Source: Candidatus Zambryskiibacteriota bacterium (GTDB lineage Bacteria > Patescibacteriota > Minisyncoccia > Phycocordibacterales > WO2-35-19). From it: DNA of 64,000 nt. Within the stretch, counting starts at the first letter, position 1, and the number at the start of each line of letters is the position of its first letter. The position numbers were made by a program, and so were the translations under genes. This document shows, in pieces, positions 8,771-19,515 of this stretch. The notes below the pieces were generated by a model, which ran no database searches, was not told where the DNA came from, and saw only the letters and a list, made by a program, of their open reading frames with translations. Location of the stretch: assembly GCA_048499675.1 (NCBI GenBank), contig JASNZL010000003.1:16241-80240 (forward strand), written 5' to 3'.

Positions 8771-9691
8771 TATGACTTGATTATTATTGGTGGAGGTCCT
8801 GCGGGAACATCTGCTGGAGTTTACTCAGCCAGAAAACAAATAAAAACTGCTCTAATAGCAGAGTCTTTTGGTGGACAAAGCATTGAATCAAACGAAATCC
8901 AAAATTGGATAGGTACTATTGCTATTTCCGGAATGGACCTTGCAAAAAGCTTTAAAGAACACGTAAAATTTTATGCTGGCGAATTTGTAGATATAAAAGA
9001 GGGCGAAAGAGTAAGTAAGGTCGAGCATATAGAAAACGATGGATTTCTAGTTACTACCAATAAAGACATATACAAAACAAAAAACATATTAGTTGCAACT
9101 GGAAGTTCCCGAAAAAAACTTGATATTGAAGGCGCTAAAGAATTTGAAGGTAAAGGTATCACCTACTGCGCATCTTGTGATGGACCATTTTTTAAAAACA
9201 AAGATGTGGTTGTTATTGGTGGCGGTAATGCGGGTTTTGAATCAGCTATGCAATTACTCGCATATTGCAAGAGTGTTACACTTTTGAGCAGAGGTGATTT
9301 TAGAGCTGACCCAATAACGATAGAAAAAGCACTTGAGAACCCAAAACTAAAAGCAATACCTCACGCATTGCCGGTAAGAATAAAAGGTAGGGATTTTGTT
9401 GAGTCTATTATGTACAAAACCACATCCCCTTTTGTAGTAGATGAGGAAATAAAAACAGATGGAATTTTTGTTGAGATTGGACATATCCCTGCAACATCTT
9501 TTGTAAAAGATTTAGTAGATACAGATGAATTTGGAAGAATTATAATTGACCATAAAACACAACAAACAAGTATGAAGGGTATCTGGGCATCTGGAGATTG
9601 TACCGATGTCTTGTATCACCAAAACAATATTGCCTCGGGCGATGCAGTAAAAGCAATTGAGGATATATATATAAACCTTCGGACTAGTTAA
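8756..9691 (+). CDS. trxB: Thioredoxin reductase (TrxB/AhpF C-terminal-like)
   Basis: GGGPAG FAD site, GITYCASCDG redox motif, GGGNAG NADPH site. Confidence 0.9.
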   Translation: MNPKSYDLIIIGGGPAGTSAGVYSARKQIKTALIAESFGGQSIESNEIQNWIGTIAISGMDLAKSFKEHVKFYAGEFVDIKEGERVSKVEHIENDGFLVTTNKDIYKTKNILVATGSSRKKLDIEGAKEFEGKGITYCASCDGPFFKNKDVVVIGGGNAGFESAMQLLAYCKSVTLLSRGDFRADPITIEKALENPKLKAIPHALPVRIKGRDFVESIMYKTTSPFVVDEEIKTDGIFVEIGHIPATSFVKDLVDTDEFGRIIIDHKTQQTSMKGIWASGDCTDVLYHQNNIASGDAVKAIEDIYINLRTS

Positions 9692-9897
9692 TAGACGCTA
9701 GAATATAAGTAACAAAAAAGTACAAAAATATACTGAGCATAAGAGAGTTCAGTAGAGATTCTACTGCATTCATAAAATTTTCGTACTTATTATTTTTTCT
9801 ATTTCTAAGAAAAAATATAATCCAAAAAAATATTAAAGAAAAGATAAAGTAATACATTTGTGATACTAAATAATAATGTGTGTTCTAAGACGTTTGA

Positions 9898-10200
9898 TTA
9901 TCCAAAAATTGTCATGAGTTTTAGTACCGCTAACCATCCATATTTTAAAACCAGAATGGCAACAAAACTATATACAATAAACAAAATAGATTGTTTTAGA
10001 ATATATGCCCTTGTTTGATTTTCTTTAATTAATTTCTTTATTAATATGTACAGAAAAAGTATAAATAAAATAAGGGTATGGATAAAATAAATTGGTAAAT
10101 GGTAGCTAATATATGGTAATAAAAGAGGTAGCACAAATATATACGAAAAAAGGTGTGTGAAGAAATACATCAAAGCTAGTTTATTCGTGTAATTGCTCAT
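9898..10200 (-). CDS. Hypothetical membrane protein
   Basis: About three hydrophobic segments, very AT-rich. Confidence 0.5.
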   Translation of the reverse strand: MSNYTNKLALMYFFTHLFSYIFVLPLLLPYISYHLPIYFIHTLILFILFLYILIKKLIKENQTRAYILKQSILFIVYSFVAILVLKYGWLAVLKLMTIFG

Positions 10201-10225
10201 TTTTAAAATATAAACATCATTTAAA

Positions 10226-11026
10226 TTAAGCTATATTTTTTACAGAGTAGATATCATTTCTTATTTCATTAACATACTCTTCAACTAAAGAAGAAAGAGC
10301 TACCTTTTCTTCGCTCGAGAGTTTTATGAGGCCATCTCTCTCCAAATCATCATCTGAGTATCCATCTATAGCACAAGATAAATAATCTAAAAAAGCTTTA
10401 AAATAATTAGGGTTCCATAGATACATAGTTACTAATTCATTCGCATCTTCTACAGCTCGCACAGCTCTTTGTGAAGTAGGATCTGCCACAGTGTTATAAT
10501 CTGGAACGTTTCCCCACGTTGAAAAACCTCCATTATTTTGTTCTCTTTTTTTAAAACAAAAAAGCCATAAAATTGCATAATTTGAATCTATTTGATTATT
10601 CAAAACTCTTGTATACCATGCATTTGGGTTATCTGGACTTTCTTTTTTCATTAAGTATTCTTGATAAGCATGACTAACTTCATGTAAGAATCTATACTGA
10701 TCTGTTTCGTCTGGTTTTGGGAAAAGCGCCTCTTGTGTGTCAGGATCTATGCCTAGTCGAAATATATAATACTTGTATTGTTCTGCTGGCATTTCATTTT
10801 CAGCAATATAGATTTTATTATTTTCATATTTAAAACCCCATGAATTTCTCCACACATCAATGCCACGAATTATATTTTTATCAACCAAGAAATCACCTAA
10901 TTCTATAGGTAATTTGGATTTATCCGTATTAATTCTATCTGGTAAACTTAAGTAAGCGTGTAAACTCTCTTTCAACTCTAAATTACCGAGAGTATTTTGT
11001 TGTGAGTAATTAAATCTTTCTATCAT
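10226..11026 (-). CDS. Hypothetical protein with HExxH zincin-like motif
   Basis: RFLHEVSHAYQ and downstream VEDANELV. Confidence 0.6.
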   Translation of the reverse strand: MIERFNYSQQNTLGNLELKESLHAYLSLPDRINTDKSKLPIELGDFLVDKNIIRGIDVWRNSWGFKYENNKIYIAENEMPAEQYKYYIFRLGIDPDTQEALFPKPDETDQYRFLHEVSHAYQEYLMKKESPDNPNAWYTRVLNNQIDSNYAILWLFCFKKREQNNGGFSTWGNVPDYNTVADPTSQRAVRAVEDANELVTMYLWNPNYFKAFLDYLSCAIDGYSDDDLERDGLIKLSSEEKVALSSLVEEYVNEIRNDIYSVKNIA

Positions 11027-11053
11027 TAATCTTAAATCTTTATTCTGGAAGTT

Positions 11054-11569
11054 CTATCTTGGTGTCCCAAACATTTGGACAACAAATATGGCTTCCCTGC
11101 CTTTGTATATTCCTGAAGAAGTCGCTATACCTATCTCAGTATATTTTGGATTTACAATATTTAAAAAGTGCCCTCTTGAGTTCATCCATGCTCTATGGAC
11201 TTCATCAGAATCCAAAAAATTCACAGCTAGATTTTCACCAGCGTGTTTGTAATCATATCCAGCAAGCTCCATAAAATACCAAGGCCTCTTACCATCCGGT
11301 GTGTTGTGAGCAAAATAACCTTTTTCTGCCATATCGTTTGCCTTCAATTGGGCCGCTTCTACTAAAAGTGGGTTTACCGATAATTCACTCACATTTGCCT
11401 TTATTCTATCTACGTTGGCCAAATTAACAAGAACTGAGGCATATATAGCTCCTAACGAATCTAGTACAGAATACCTAAATGAGGGCATAATACCCGCAAG
11501 CAGAACCAAAAAGACCACTATTCCTATGCCTATTTTTAACTTCATAATCTCTTTATATTTTTTAGTCAT
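11054..11569 (-). CDS. CAP (SCP) domain protein
   Basis: AAQLKANDMAEKGYFAH, AGENLA, WMNSRGH..NI, EIGIA, VVQMFG. Confidence 0.92.
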   Translation of the reverse strand: MTKKYKEIMKLKIGIGIVVFLVLLAGIMPSFRYSVLDSLGAIYASVLVNLANVDRIKANVSELSVNPLLVEAAQLKANDMAEKGYFAHNTPDGKRPWYFMELAGYDYKHAGENLAVNFLDSDEVHRAWMNSRGHFLNIVNPKYTEIGIATSSGIYKGREAIFVVQMFGTPR

Positions 11570-11697
11570 ACCAACAATTAATTATACCATATCTTTAATA
11601 TAATAATAACAAATTTAAAGCTTTACAATATATTTTTTGGTATAATGTATTTAGCTGATAATTTATATATCAGCAGTTTATAAGCTAATTAATTATT

Positions 11698-12597
11698 ATG
11701 AAATTTAGTAAAAGTATAGCGATTGGAACTTTGGTTGTATCTATATTTGCTATGAGTTTTGGAACAGCGGGAGCTCAGACAACTAACGAGGCTCTTATGA
11801 ATCAAATTCAAACTCTATTACAGCAAATAAAAACTTTGCAAGATCAAATTGCAAATATTGATGCTCAGCAAAATCAATTAAGAACTGAGCTTCAAGAAAA
11901 ACTCAGACTTACAAGGTCATTAAGTCTAGGTATGACCAGCGAAGAAGTAAAATTACTTCAAGAAATACTTGCTACAGATCCAGACATATATCCAGAAGGT
12001 TTAGTTACGGGATATTTCGGTCCCCTAACAGAGAAGGCAGTTAAAAAATTTCAGGCTAAATTTGGAATAGAACAAGTAGGTAACGTTGGTCCTAAAACAT
12101 TAGCAAAGTTAAATACTTTACTTACTGAAGGAGCTGGGAATTCAGGTAAAGTACCACCAGGGCTTCTTATAGCTCCAGGAATTGCTAAAAAAATGGATAT
12201 GTCGCAATATGGTGCATTACCTAATCAAAAATTGCCACCCGGAATTGCTAAGAAGTTGGATGGGACCACACCATCAAATAACCAATCAACTACAACAGAC
12301 ACAACTGCTCCTGTAATAACTGGATTTACAACCTCTAACATAACTGCTTCGACATCAAAAGTTTCTTGGTCAACAAACGAGCTATCAACATCAACTTTGT
12401 GGTTTAGCTCAACAACACCAATCACATCTGGTTATTACATCACAAAGACTGGAAGTTGGAACACGACACACATATTTGAGCTAGATAACTTAAATGCTTC
12501 TACTACATACTATGTCAAAGTAGAAGTTTCAGATTTCTCTAATAACAAAAATACAAAAGAAGGTACTTTTGAGACATTAGCAGAAACAACTCAATAG
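11698..12597 (+). CDS. Secreted peptidoglycan-binding protein with C-terminal FN3-like domain
   Basis: Signal peptide, coiled coil, PG_binding_1 motif (EVKLLQEIL...TGYFGPLTEKAVKKFQ), DTTAPVIT...YYVKVEVSD. Confidence 0.85.
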   Translation: MKFSKSIAIGTLVVSIFAMSFGTAGAQTTNEALMNQIQTLLQQIKTLQDQIANIDAQQNQLRTELQEKLRLTRSLSLGMTSEEVKLLQEILATDPDIYPEGLVTGYFGPLTEKAVKKFQAKFGIEQVGNVGPKTLAKLNTLLTEGAGNSGKVPPGLLIAPGIAKKMDMSQYGALPNQKLPPGIAKKLDGTTPSNNQSTTTDTTAPVITGFTTSNITASTSKVSWSTNELSTSTLWFSSTTPITSGYYITKTGSWNTTHIFELDNLNASTTYYVKVEVSDFSNNKNTKEGTFETLAETTQ

Positions 12598-12621
12598 AAC
12601 TTATTGACAAAAGGATAAAAT

Positions 12622-12660
12622 AAAGAAAGGCGCCCCGAGAGTAGACTCTCGGGGCGCTTT
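12622..12660 (-). terminator. Intrinsic terminator of PEP-CTERM gene
   Basis: GCGCCCCGAGAG-taga-CTCTCGGGGCGC with T-rich tract on the - strand. Confidence 0.85.
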
Positions 12661-12663
12661 GGC

Positions 12664-13299
12664 TTAACGTCGCTTCTTGTGATGATAGAGGCCTGTAAGA
12701 GCGAGGCCTGCACCAAGGAGCAATGATGTCATGGGCTCAGGGATGGGTTCGGGAGGGCCGTACCCATTCGGTCGAGCAATGAAGTCCGTGGTGTTCGCCG
12801 ATAACAGGTCAACAAGACCCGCGTTGTAAGCGTACGCGTTCTGTCCGTCACGGGCATACATATTGCCCCAAACTGGAGCTCTGTTGCTTGTGAAAGAGAA
12901 CGTGTAGGGAGACCCACCCGAGAAGTTGAACTTAACTCCGTAGATGTCAACGGGTTGTTCGAAGTTCGGCGGAGTGAATGCCTCGTAGGTGCGCGGACCA
13001 TCAGCTGTACCGGTGCTTTCATTGGTGATACAGAGAGGGTCATCCCCACATCCATTCGTGAACTCAAGCAAGATGTGCGAAAGATCAGAACCTTCATGAG
13101 TAAAGGTGTAGGTGTAGGTGTAGACCCCAGCCTCCTCCATGATGTTCCAACTCATCGAAGCATTACCCTCCCAGTCGCCAAAACCAGCAAGTTGAGTCGA
13201 GCCACTCATAGTGGCTGACTTACCATAGACGATTGTAGCGCCACTCGCCATTGAAACGGCGAGAAAGAGCACAATGATGACACAGAGTGCATATCGCAT
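12664..13299 (-). CDS. PEP-CTERM sorting-domain protein
   Basis: Signal peptide; C-terminus PEPIPEPMTSLLLGAGLALTGLYHHKKRR; GGAG SD; GC-richer than flanks. Confidence 0.9.
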   Translation of the reverse strand: MRYALCVIIVLFLAVSMASGATIVYGKSATMSGSTQLAGFGDWEGNASMSWNIMEEAGVYTYTYTFTHEGSDLSHILLEFTNGCGDDPLCITNESTGTADGPRTYEAFTPPNFEQPVDIYGVKFNFSGGSPYTFSFTSNRAPVWGNMYARDGQNAYAYNAGLVDLLSANTTDFIARPNGYGPPEPIPEPMTSLLLGAGLALTGLYHHKKRR

Positions 13300-13401
13300 G
13301 TTTTTTCTCCGATTTTATTCAGCCCCAAAATGTGCTGTCTTAGGAATTTATATCATAAAGTTCATAAATTTCAACCTTTTTTGGTTATATCATGTGAATA
13401 C

Positions 13402-13445
13402 TTAATCATATAAAAAATCCCGTACGGGATTTTTTATATGATTAA
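13402..13445. terminator. Perfect 44-bp palindrome, probable terminator
   Basis: TTAATCATATAAAAAATCCCGT|ACGGGATTTTTTATATGATTAA just after the 13460..17008 stop. Confidence 0.7.
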
Positions 13446-13459
13446 TATTTAACAAAGCA

Positions 13460-16400
13460 TTAAGGAAGTTGTGGTATAGGTGTTGTTGCAAGCATCTCTG
13501 GACACTTCAAGATATTAATCCACCTCTTTGTTGTTTTGTAGACATATCCTGTTGGACCATCTGTTGGTACTCCAGCTACTGCCCATGGAATAAGAGTTCC
13601 TGCTTCTTGGTGAGCTTGGAATTTTTTAACCATTTCAAATGTAATTGGTCCATAAAATCCTGTCACAGGGTTGTCTAATTCAAAGAATTGATTTAGGAAT
13701 ATCTGAAGTTTTCTCACTTCGTCAGGATTGTTCTTTGCACCAAACTTAATGTATTCCTTCAAGTATGGTTCACACATCAATCCCTCATCATCTGTTGATG
13801 CTCCCAATACTGATCCTTGAGAAGAAAACAACCCGCTAATATCTCTCCTTCTACCTCCTGGAGGTGTTGTTCCCCCAGTGTCATCTGTGAGTGTTTGCTG
13901 GATCTGTACATCATCTTCCTCATCATTGTTATCTTTTACACATTGACCCTCAACAAACGACTCTCCTTCTTTACAAACTAACTCAGGTAAGTCAGTAGTA
14001 TTGAATATTGAGATTGCTTCATCTTCTGAATCGATCACAACAGTGCCTCTACCTGATAAATAACTCCAACCGTCTTTCATAATTTCATCAGCTTCGTAAG
14101 TTCCGTAAGGTACATTTTCAAATACCACACAACCATTCTGTCCTGTTACACCAGCAAATCCTTCGTATATGTCTACGCTAAGATTACCGGAGTTATCTCC
14201 ATAGTTATCGTCTAGAATTCTGAGTGAAAGTACTCCAGAGGTTGAAGTTGAGTGAGCATATACATGATTTGGGTTAAAGATTGAACCCCAGTCTGTGTAA
14301 GATTCATTTACTTGTATGCCTAGCCAACCTTGAACTGATAGAGGAAAATCATTTACTCTAACCCAAGGAACATAAGGCCCACCATATACAGCATCACTTG
14401 GTAATCTCAAAGAATATGCAGCATCACTAGTTGAAGCTGTTGGGTCGCTTGGTCTGTATACATATGTGCCATTTGCAAGCAGAACGTAATTACCTTGTTC
14501 TAGAGCAATAGAATTATAATTATTTCCATCTGGATAAACACTAACGCTATCTTCCAAATCTCCCAAAAGCATAAGAGTCCATCCTGACAAAGGATTTTTA
14601 CTTTCATCATATTTACACATTGTAACAGTAGATACATTTGGACATGTTTCGTTCTCTACGATTATGTATGTATTTGAATTTAGGTTAGTAAGTGAAGGGT
14701 GCGTAGTAATCAAATCGGATTCCTCTGCTTCAGTTAATGTACTTCCGACTCTATACCCAACCAATCTAAACTTACCATTCTGACATTGTGCACCAATTGG
14801 CAAGACATTACTATTTCCGCCAGTGACTTCTTCCAAATTGAATATTGCGGGGGCATTTAGTGTTTCGCTTGTGTAAGAATAAGGATTATTAAGATTAATT
14901 TGACCACTTTCGTTTTTACCTAAGTAGCTCCATGAATAATTCATAGGGAAAGAATATTCTCCTTCAGCTATTTTTCCATCCAAATACTTATACACTTTAA
15001 CTTGAAGTTTTTCTGGTTCGTGAGGATTATCACCAGGACATAGTTTAGTATCTACATATAGAGCATAAATTACTCCAGCTGGATTAGTCTCATATGTACC
15101 TCCTTCTAATGCCCAGTTATGCACTGTAATCTCAATTGTATTTTCTCCATACACCAAAGCACTAGTCACATCATAATCAACAAACGAGCTAAAATTATTT
15201 TCATTTGTTGTAGAAGCTATCTCGCTTCCATTTATTATGACCTTATAGCTATTATCAGATGCAAGAGATAGAAGCGCGTCTGTTGGTACACCAGCCACGT
15301 TAAATGTTTTTGTAAATACTTTCACTTCATCTTGTGTTGGGTTTTGTACTTGCGCATCGCTCCACATCCAAATTGCATCGCTTGTTGTTGATACCCAATT
15401 TTGGTGTGTATAAGTTTCAACAGATGTTCCTTCGCCTACGCTATGATTTTCATCCGAGTAAAAGACCTGTGTTCCATATGTACAAGGGTCAGCTGGTTCA
15501 TTTTGACAGGTCAAACTTACATTATCCAAGAATGTACCCATTGAATCCTCAAGACCTCTATCTTCAAACTGAAGCCGCATAATTTCACCATTTCCAACTA
15601 AATCTACACTGTATTCTTGCCAATTCGTTTGATTAGTATTGTTTGTTAGTGTAAACGGTGAACCTAAAACATTATTATTTCCCCAAAGAACACCTAGAAC
15701 ATTATTATTGCTTAATGTATTTGGTCTAGCAGAGAATGAGAATTTTAATTCATAATTCTGATTCTCAATTGTTTCTATATCTTGCCAAATTTTTGTTGAC
15801 GCACCACTGCCTTGATTACTTGGACCATACCAATCACCATCAAGTTCGGCGTACTGAGAACCATGATTAGCAAGCCAGCTAAATACTCCTCTATGTAATT
15901 CTAATGAAGGAGTTACTTCTGTTGAATTCATCCAATCAAATGACCATCCGGGAACTGTTTGGAATATATTCCATGAATTATCACTGAGAACCGGAGCTTC
16001 AAAGCTTCCGTTTTCAATTAAGTTTATATTCGGATCGCAAATCAATCGTTCTACTACTTCAGGGCAAGCTTTGCTACCCGACGAAGCTGTAGCAGTCCTA
16101 TTGTTGCCATCAGGTCCTTTTAGTGACCATACGAGGTTACTTCCATCAAAATCAACCTGAAAAGCACTGTCATCAAATGGTGTCCTTCCTGGTCTTCCAT
16201 CAGGATGATTTGGTACAGAGTATAAGAAACTTGTAGTTTGTCCCTGATCCATACCAACCAAACCCCCGCCTGTTATTTTATTGTCATTACCAACTGGTAT
16301 GACAACCTCCATTTCATTTTTATTTTCGTATCCAAAATGAGCTGTGTATGTTCCATCATCATTATCAACTACACACTCCAAAATTGGACTGATTTTCTGA

Positions 16401-17008
16401 TCTGCTACTTTGGCAATCTTTGTGCCAGTAATTTTTACATTATCTATAAATAACTGGTCATTTCCGTGATCTAATTTTGCTTTAAATCTAATTTGAAAAT
16501 TTGGATTATCGTTTGCTAAATTACTTAATGGACCAAAAACTTTTTTTGTCCAAATATTAGTTTCTTGTCCATCTTCAAATTCATGTAGAGTATTCCAATT
16601 TGTACCATCAAACCAATCTACTTTTACATAATCTCCACTTTCAAAACCATTTGGATTGTTTGCACCTTCCTGATGCGGCATCTTGTACTCAAATTCTAAA
16701 TACACATTTTCGTAATTACTTGTTGATATTGATTTTCTTAGAATCTTATCGTTATTAACGCCTCCCGTTGGTCCTTCTACTCTTGCATAAAAGTCACCTG
16801 CATCACTACCTTTTTGCCATTTGTTATCAGCTTGTGTCCACTTATTTAGTGGTGGATTAGATTCAAATCCATCTTCAAAAATTGTTTGTTCGAGGGTAAT
16901 AGCCCCTGCTCTTAAAGGCAAAAACACTCCAACTTGGACCAAAAGAGAGAGTATTAAAAACATAGAAGAAAACTTTCTGAAATTTTCTCCAGATAATAAA
17001 TTTTTCAT
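13460..17008 (-). CDS. Large secreted multi-domain surface protein (beta-sandwich/DUF642-like modules, C-terminal PG-binding-like domain)
   Basis: Signal peptide; NLIENGSFEAP..; glycosidase jelly-roll-like module (ASDNSY..ING); GAKNNPDEVRKLQIFLN..TGFYGPITFEMVKKFQ. Confidence 0.8.
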   Translation of the reverse strand: MKNLLSGENFRKFSSMFLILSLLVQVGVFLPLRAGAITLEQTIFEDGFESNPPLNKWTQADNKWQKGSDAGDFYARVEGPTGGVNNDKILRKSISTSNYENVYLEFEYKMPHQEGANNPNGFESGDYVKVDWFDGTNWNTLHEFEDGQETNIWTKKVFGPLSNLANDNPNFQIRFKAKLDHGNDQLFIDNVKITGTKIAKVADQKISPILECVVDNDDGTYTAHFGYENKNEMEVVIPVGNDNKITGGGLVGMDQGQTTSFLYSVPNHPDGRPGRTPFDDSAFQVDFDGSNLVWSLKGPDGNNRTATASSGSKACPEVVERLICDPNINLIENGSFEAPVLSDNSWNIFQTVPGWSFDWMNSTEVTPSLELHRGVFSWLANHGSQYAELDGDWYGPSNQGSGASTKIWQDIETIENQNYELKFSFSARPNTLSNNNVLGVLWGNNNVLGSPFTLTNNTNQTNWQEYSVDLVGNGEIMRLQFEDRGLEDSMGTFLDNVSLTCQNEPADPCTYGTQVFYSDENHSVGEGTSVETYTHQNWVSTTSDAIWMWSDAQVQNPTQDEVKVFTKTFNVAGVPTDALLSLASDNSYKVIINGSEIASTTNENNFSSFVDYDVTSALVYGENTIEITVHNWALEGGTYETNPAGVIYALYVDTKLCPGDNPHEPEKLQVKVYKYLDGKIAEGEYSFPMNYSWSYLGKNESGQINLNNPYSYTSETLNAPAIFNLEEVTGGNSNVLPIGAQCQNGKFRLVGYRVGSTLTEAEESDLITTHPSLTNLNSNTYIIVENETCPNVSTVTMCKYDESKNPLSGWTLMLLGDLEDSVSVYPDGNNYNSIALEQGNYVLLANGTYVYRPSDPTASTSDAAYSLRLPSDAVYGGPYVPWVRVNDFPLSVQGWLGIQVNESYTDWGSIFNPNHVYAHSTSTSGVLSLRILDDNYGDNSGNLSVDIYEGFAGVTGQNGCVVFENVPYGTYEADEIMKDGWSYLSGRGTVVIDSEDEAISIFNTTDLPELVCKEGESFVEGQCVKDNNDEEDDVQIQQTLTDDTGGTTPPGGRRRDISGLFSSQGSVLGASTDDEGLMCEPYLKEYIKFGAKNNPDEVRKLQIFLNQFFELDNPVTGFYGPITFEMVKKFQAHQEAGTLIPWAVAGVPTDGPTGYVYKTTKRWINILKCPEMLATTPIPQLP

Positions 17009-17156
17009 AGTAATAAATTATTAATAACGAAATCGAATAAATTTTAATAATGAATTTTGTCCGGTTTCGCCACTCTCCCCAAGCAAATGCTTTTGCCCAC
17101 TTCATAAGGCGACCAATAATAGAAGTAGACTCAATAAGGGATACAAAATAATTTAT

Positions 17157-18165
17157 CCCCCAGATACCTTTGAAGTAGGACAGTTATAATTAATTTTTAG
17201 CAAAAATTAAATTTTAATTGTCATGAAAAAGAAATATTGTCATTTGTCGTTTGAAGAGAGATTTGCAATTGAAGTGATGTATCGAAAAGGCCGGAGATCT
17301 GCCCATTGCAGTTTTTGGATCGTAGTCCAAATACAGTGAGCCGAGAGATACGGAAACATAGTGTTAATGGTGCATATGAGGCCAGGAAAGCTAAGCAAAA
17401 ATCATTAGCAGAAAGATGGAGAGCAAAAGCTCAATGTCTCAAAGTAGCAATGAACAGTTTCCTTTGCGTTTTCGTTGAAGAGAAACTTCAAAACAAGTGG
17501 TCACCAAAACAAATTAGTGGGTATTTGAAGAGAGAGTACGGCATCATTTGCTCTAGCAAAGCCATATACAAATTTGCTGAGAGCCGTGGATTAGATCACT
17601 TGCTTTTCTGGGGCTGGAACAACATGAAAGCTTGTCGCAAGAGATACAAATGGAAAACACCCAAAGATGGAAGGAAATATATTGGACAAAGACCAGAAAG
17701 AAAAGAAGTTGGTCATCTAGAGATGGACTTCATTGTCTCCAAAGAAAGTTCTTGGGTTCTCTTGGTAGTAGTTGATCGTTTTGCTAAAAAAACTTGGGTG
17801 AGGAAAACACTCATTACAGAAAACGACACTATTCGTGCCTCTTATGTCCATGGGATTGTTTTAAAGTCGATCACCACGGACAATGATTCAGCTATTCAAG
17901 ATGCTGGAGTATGAGATCTCCTCAACACTGTCATATATTTTACACATCCATACCATTCTTGGGAAAAGGGATTAGTGGAGAATACTAACCGATGGATCAG
18001 ATGTTTTGTACCTAAAAGGAGAAATATCGAGTCAGTGACTGAAGAAGAATTGAAAGGGATTCACACCTTCTTTGAACGACCGACCGAGAGAATGTATTGG
18101 ATTTAGATTACCAACAAGTTATTATTATGAGTTAACATCTGTCCTACTTGAGGGGTAGCGGGAGG
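17157..18165 (+). mobile_element. IS30-family insertion sequence (decayed)
   Basis: Imperfect 27-bp terminal inverted repeats (21/27 by eye) at 17157-17183 and 18139-18165 around a frameshifted transposase. Confidence 0.85.
17223..18130 (+). pseudogene. IS30 transposase, multiply frameshifted
   Basis: MKKKYCHLSFEERFAIE, RSPNTVSREIRK, WSPKQISG, GHLEMD, SITTDN, PYHSWEKGLVENTNRWIR spread across frames. Confidence 0.85.
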
Positions 18166-18278
18166 TATTTGTACTAGCTATAATAATAGTAGTATTGTCA
18201 AGATTGTCAAGTTGAAACTGTTCTAAAACTGTTTACAAATATATGATTTATTTTGGCAATTGTTCATCAATTATTAGC

Positions 18279-19361
18279 TTACTCTATAATGATACTTTCT
18301 CCATTTTGAAATACGTAAAATTTTATATTTGTATTTACTCTATCCATCATCAAGGTTTTAATCCTATCACTTGGAGCAAAAAATGTTTCAGTAGAAAGTT
18401 TAAAAGTTCCAAAGTGAGTACCCATCGCGGTCTTTACACCAAGCTCTTTATACATTAAGACGGCATCATCTGGAGAAGTATGCATCTCTTTCATAAAACT
18501 TCTTGGTTCATATGCTCCTATTGGAAGCAAAGCAAACCTAAACCCTTCGGGATACTTTTCTTTTATCTGATTTACAAAAGGTCCATATCCTGTGTCACCA
18601 GCAAAATATATATCACCATTATTGGTTTTAACAACAAAACCACCCCATAGTGTTTTATTTCTATCTGATATAGCTCTAGCTGAAAAATGTTGAGCTGGAA
18701 CTGAGTGAATTTTTATTTGCTCATTATATTTGATCTCATCCCACCAATCCATATCAATTACATTTTTTATTCCCCTTTTTTCTAAATATTTTTTATTTCC
18801 TAAGTGGGTATAAATTACGGGATTATACTTTTGTTCCAGTTTTTTTAAAGTATCTATATCCATATGGTCATAGTGATTGTGAGATAAGAGGACGATGTCT
18901 ATTTTTGGTAAATCGTCAAATTTTATCCCAGCCTCAGTGTACCTCTTGGGTCCAACAAAAGAAAAAGGACTAGCTCGTTTAGCCCAAACAGGGTCAGTCA
19001 AAATATTTAAACCCTCAGTTTGAATTAAAACAGTATTGTGATTTACAAAGGTAGCAACAATTGTATTACCCTCTACTATTTCTTCTGGAACAGAATATTT
19101 TTGCTCGTAGCCAGTAATTTCCCAATCTTTATTTTTTCTCATCTCTTTCCAGAAAGTAAAAAAAGATGGCCTATCTTTTGTTTTATTTTCTTCTATAATC
19201 GAAGTTTCTGATTCTTGAATATTATAAAATTTATTTCCATCAAAATTTGATTTGAGTTCTCTACCTTCGGTATCAAATGTTTTAGATGCGAGAGTGTAAT
19301 AAATTATTATTCCAACAATTACAAATAATATTAGAAATCCAAATATTAATCTCAAAATCAT
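18279..19361 (-). CDS. MBL-fold metallohydrolase (RomA/NAPE-PLD-like) with N-terminal TM
   Basis: LTDPVW, LSHNHYDHMD, PAQHFSAR, YFAGDTGY, PIGAYEP. Confidence 0.9.
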   Translation of the reverse strand: MILRLIFGFLILFVIVGIIIYYTLASKTFDTEGRELKSNFDGNKFYNIQESETSIIEENKTKDRPSFFTFWKEMRKNKDWEITGYEQKYSVPEEIVEGNTIVATFVNHNTVLIQTEGLNILTDPVWAKRASPFSFVGPKRYTEAGIKFDDLPKIDIVLLSHNHYDHMDIDTLKKLEQKYNPVIYTHLGNKKYLEKRGIKNVIDMDWWDEIKYNEQIKIHSVPAQHFSARAISDRNKTLWGGFVVKTNNGDIYFAGDTGYGPFVNQIKEKYPEGFRFALLPIGAYEPRSFMKEMHTSPDDAVLMYKELGVKTAMGTHFGTFKLSTETFFAPSDRIKTLMMDRVNTNIKFYVFQNGESIIIE

Positions 19362-19384
19362 TGCTACATTCTATCAAACAATTT

Positions 19385-19515
19385 ATTTAAAAGAAATCCG
19401 CGTGGGAGCCGAAGCTTCCACGCGGAATGGTTTTGCAGAGTAGCCGTTAGCTCCTGCGGGAGGCACGCTTGTGCCTGATGTAGCCGAGGCCAAGGAGGCC
19501 AAGGCCCATGAGGGC
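19385..19515. repeat. 131-bp exact direct repeat, copy 1 (terminator + 3' UTR + PEP-CTERM TM tail)
   Basis: Identical by eye to 20241-20371; includes C(UUCG)G terminator hairpin on the - strand. Confidence 0.92.

Noticed and set aside
17150-18172. Target-site duplication for the IS30 copy
   Set aside because: Flanks (..TTAT / TATT..) give no unambiguous duplication at the ends I assigned
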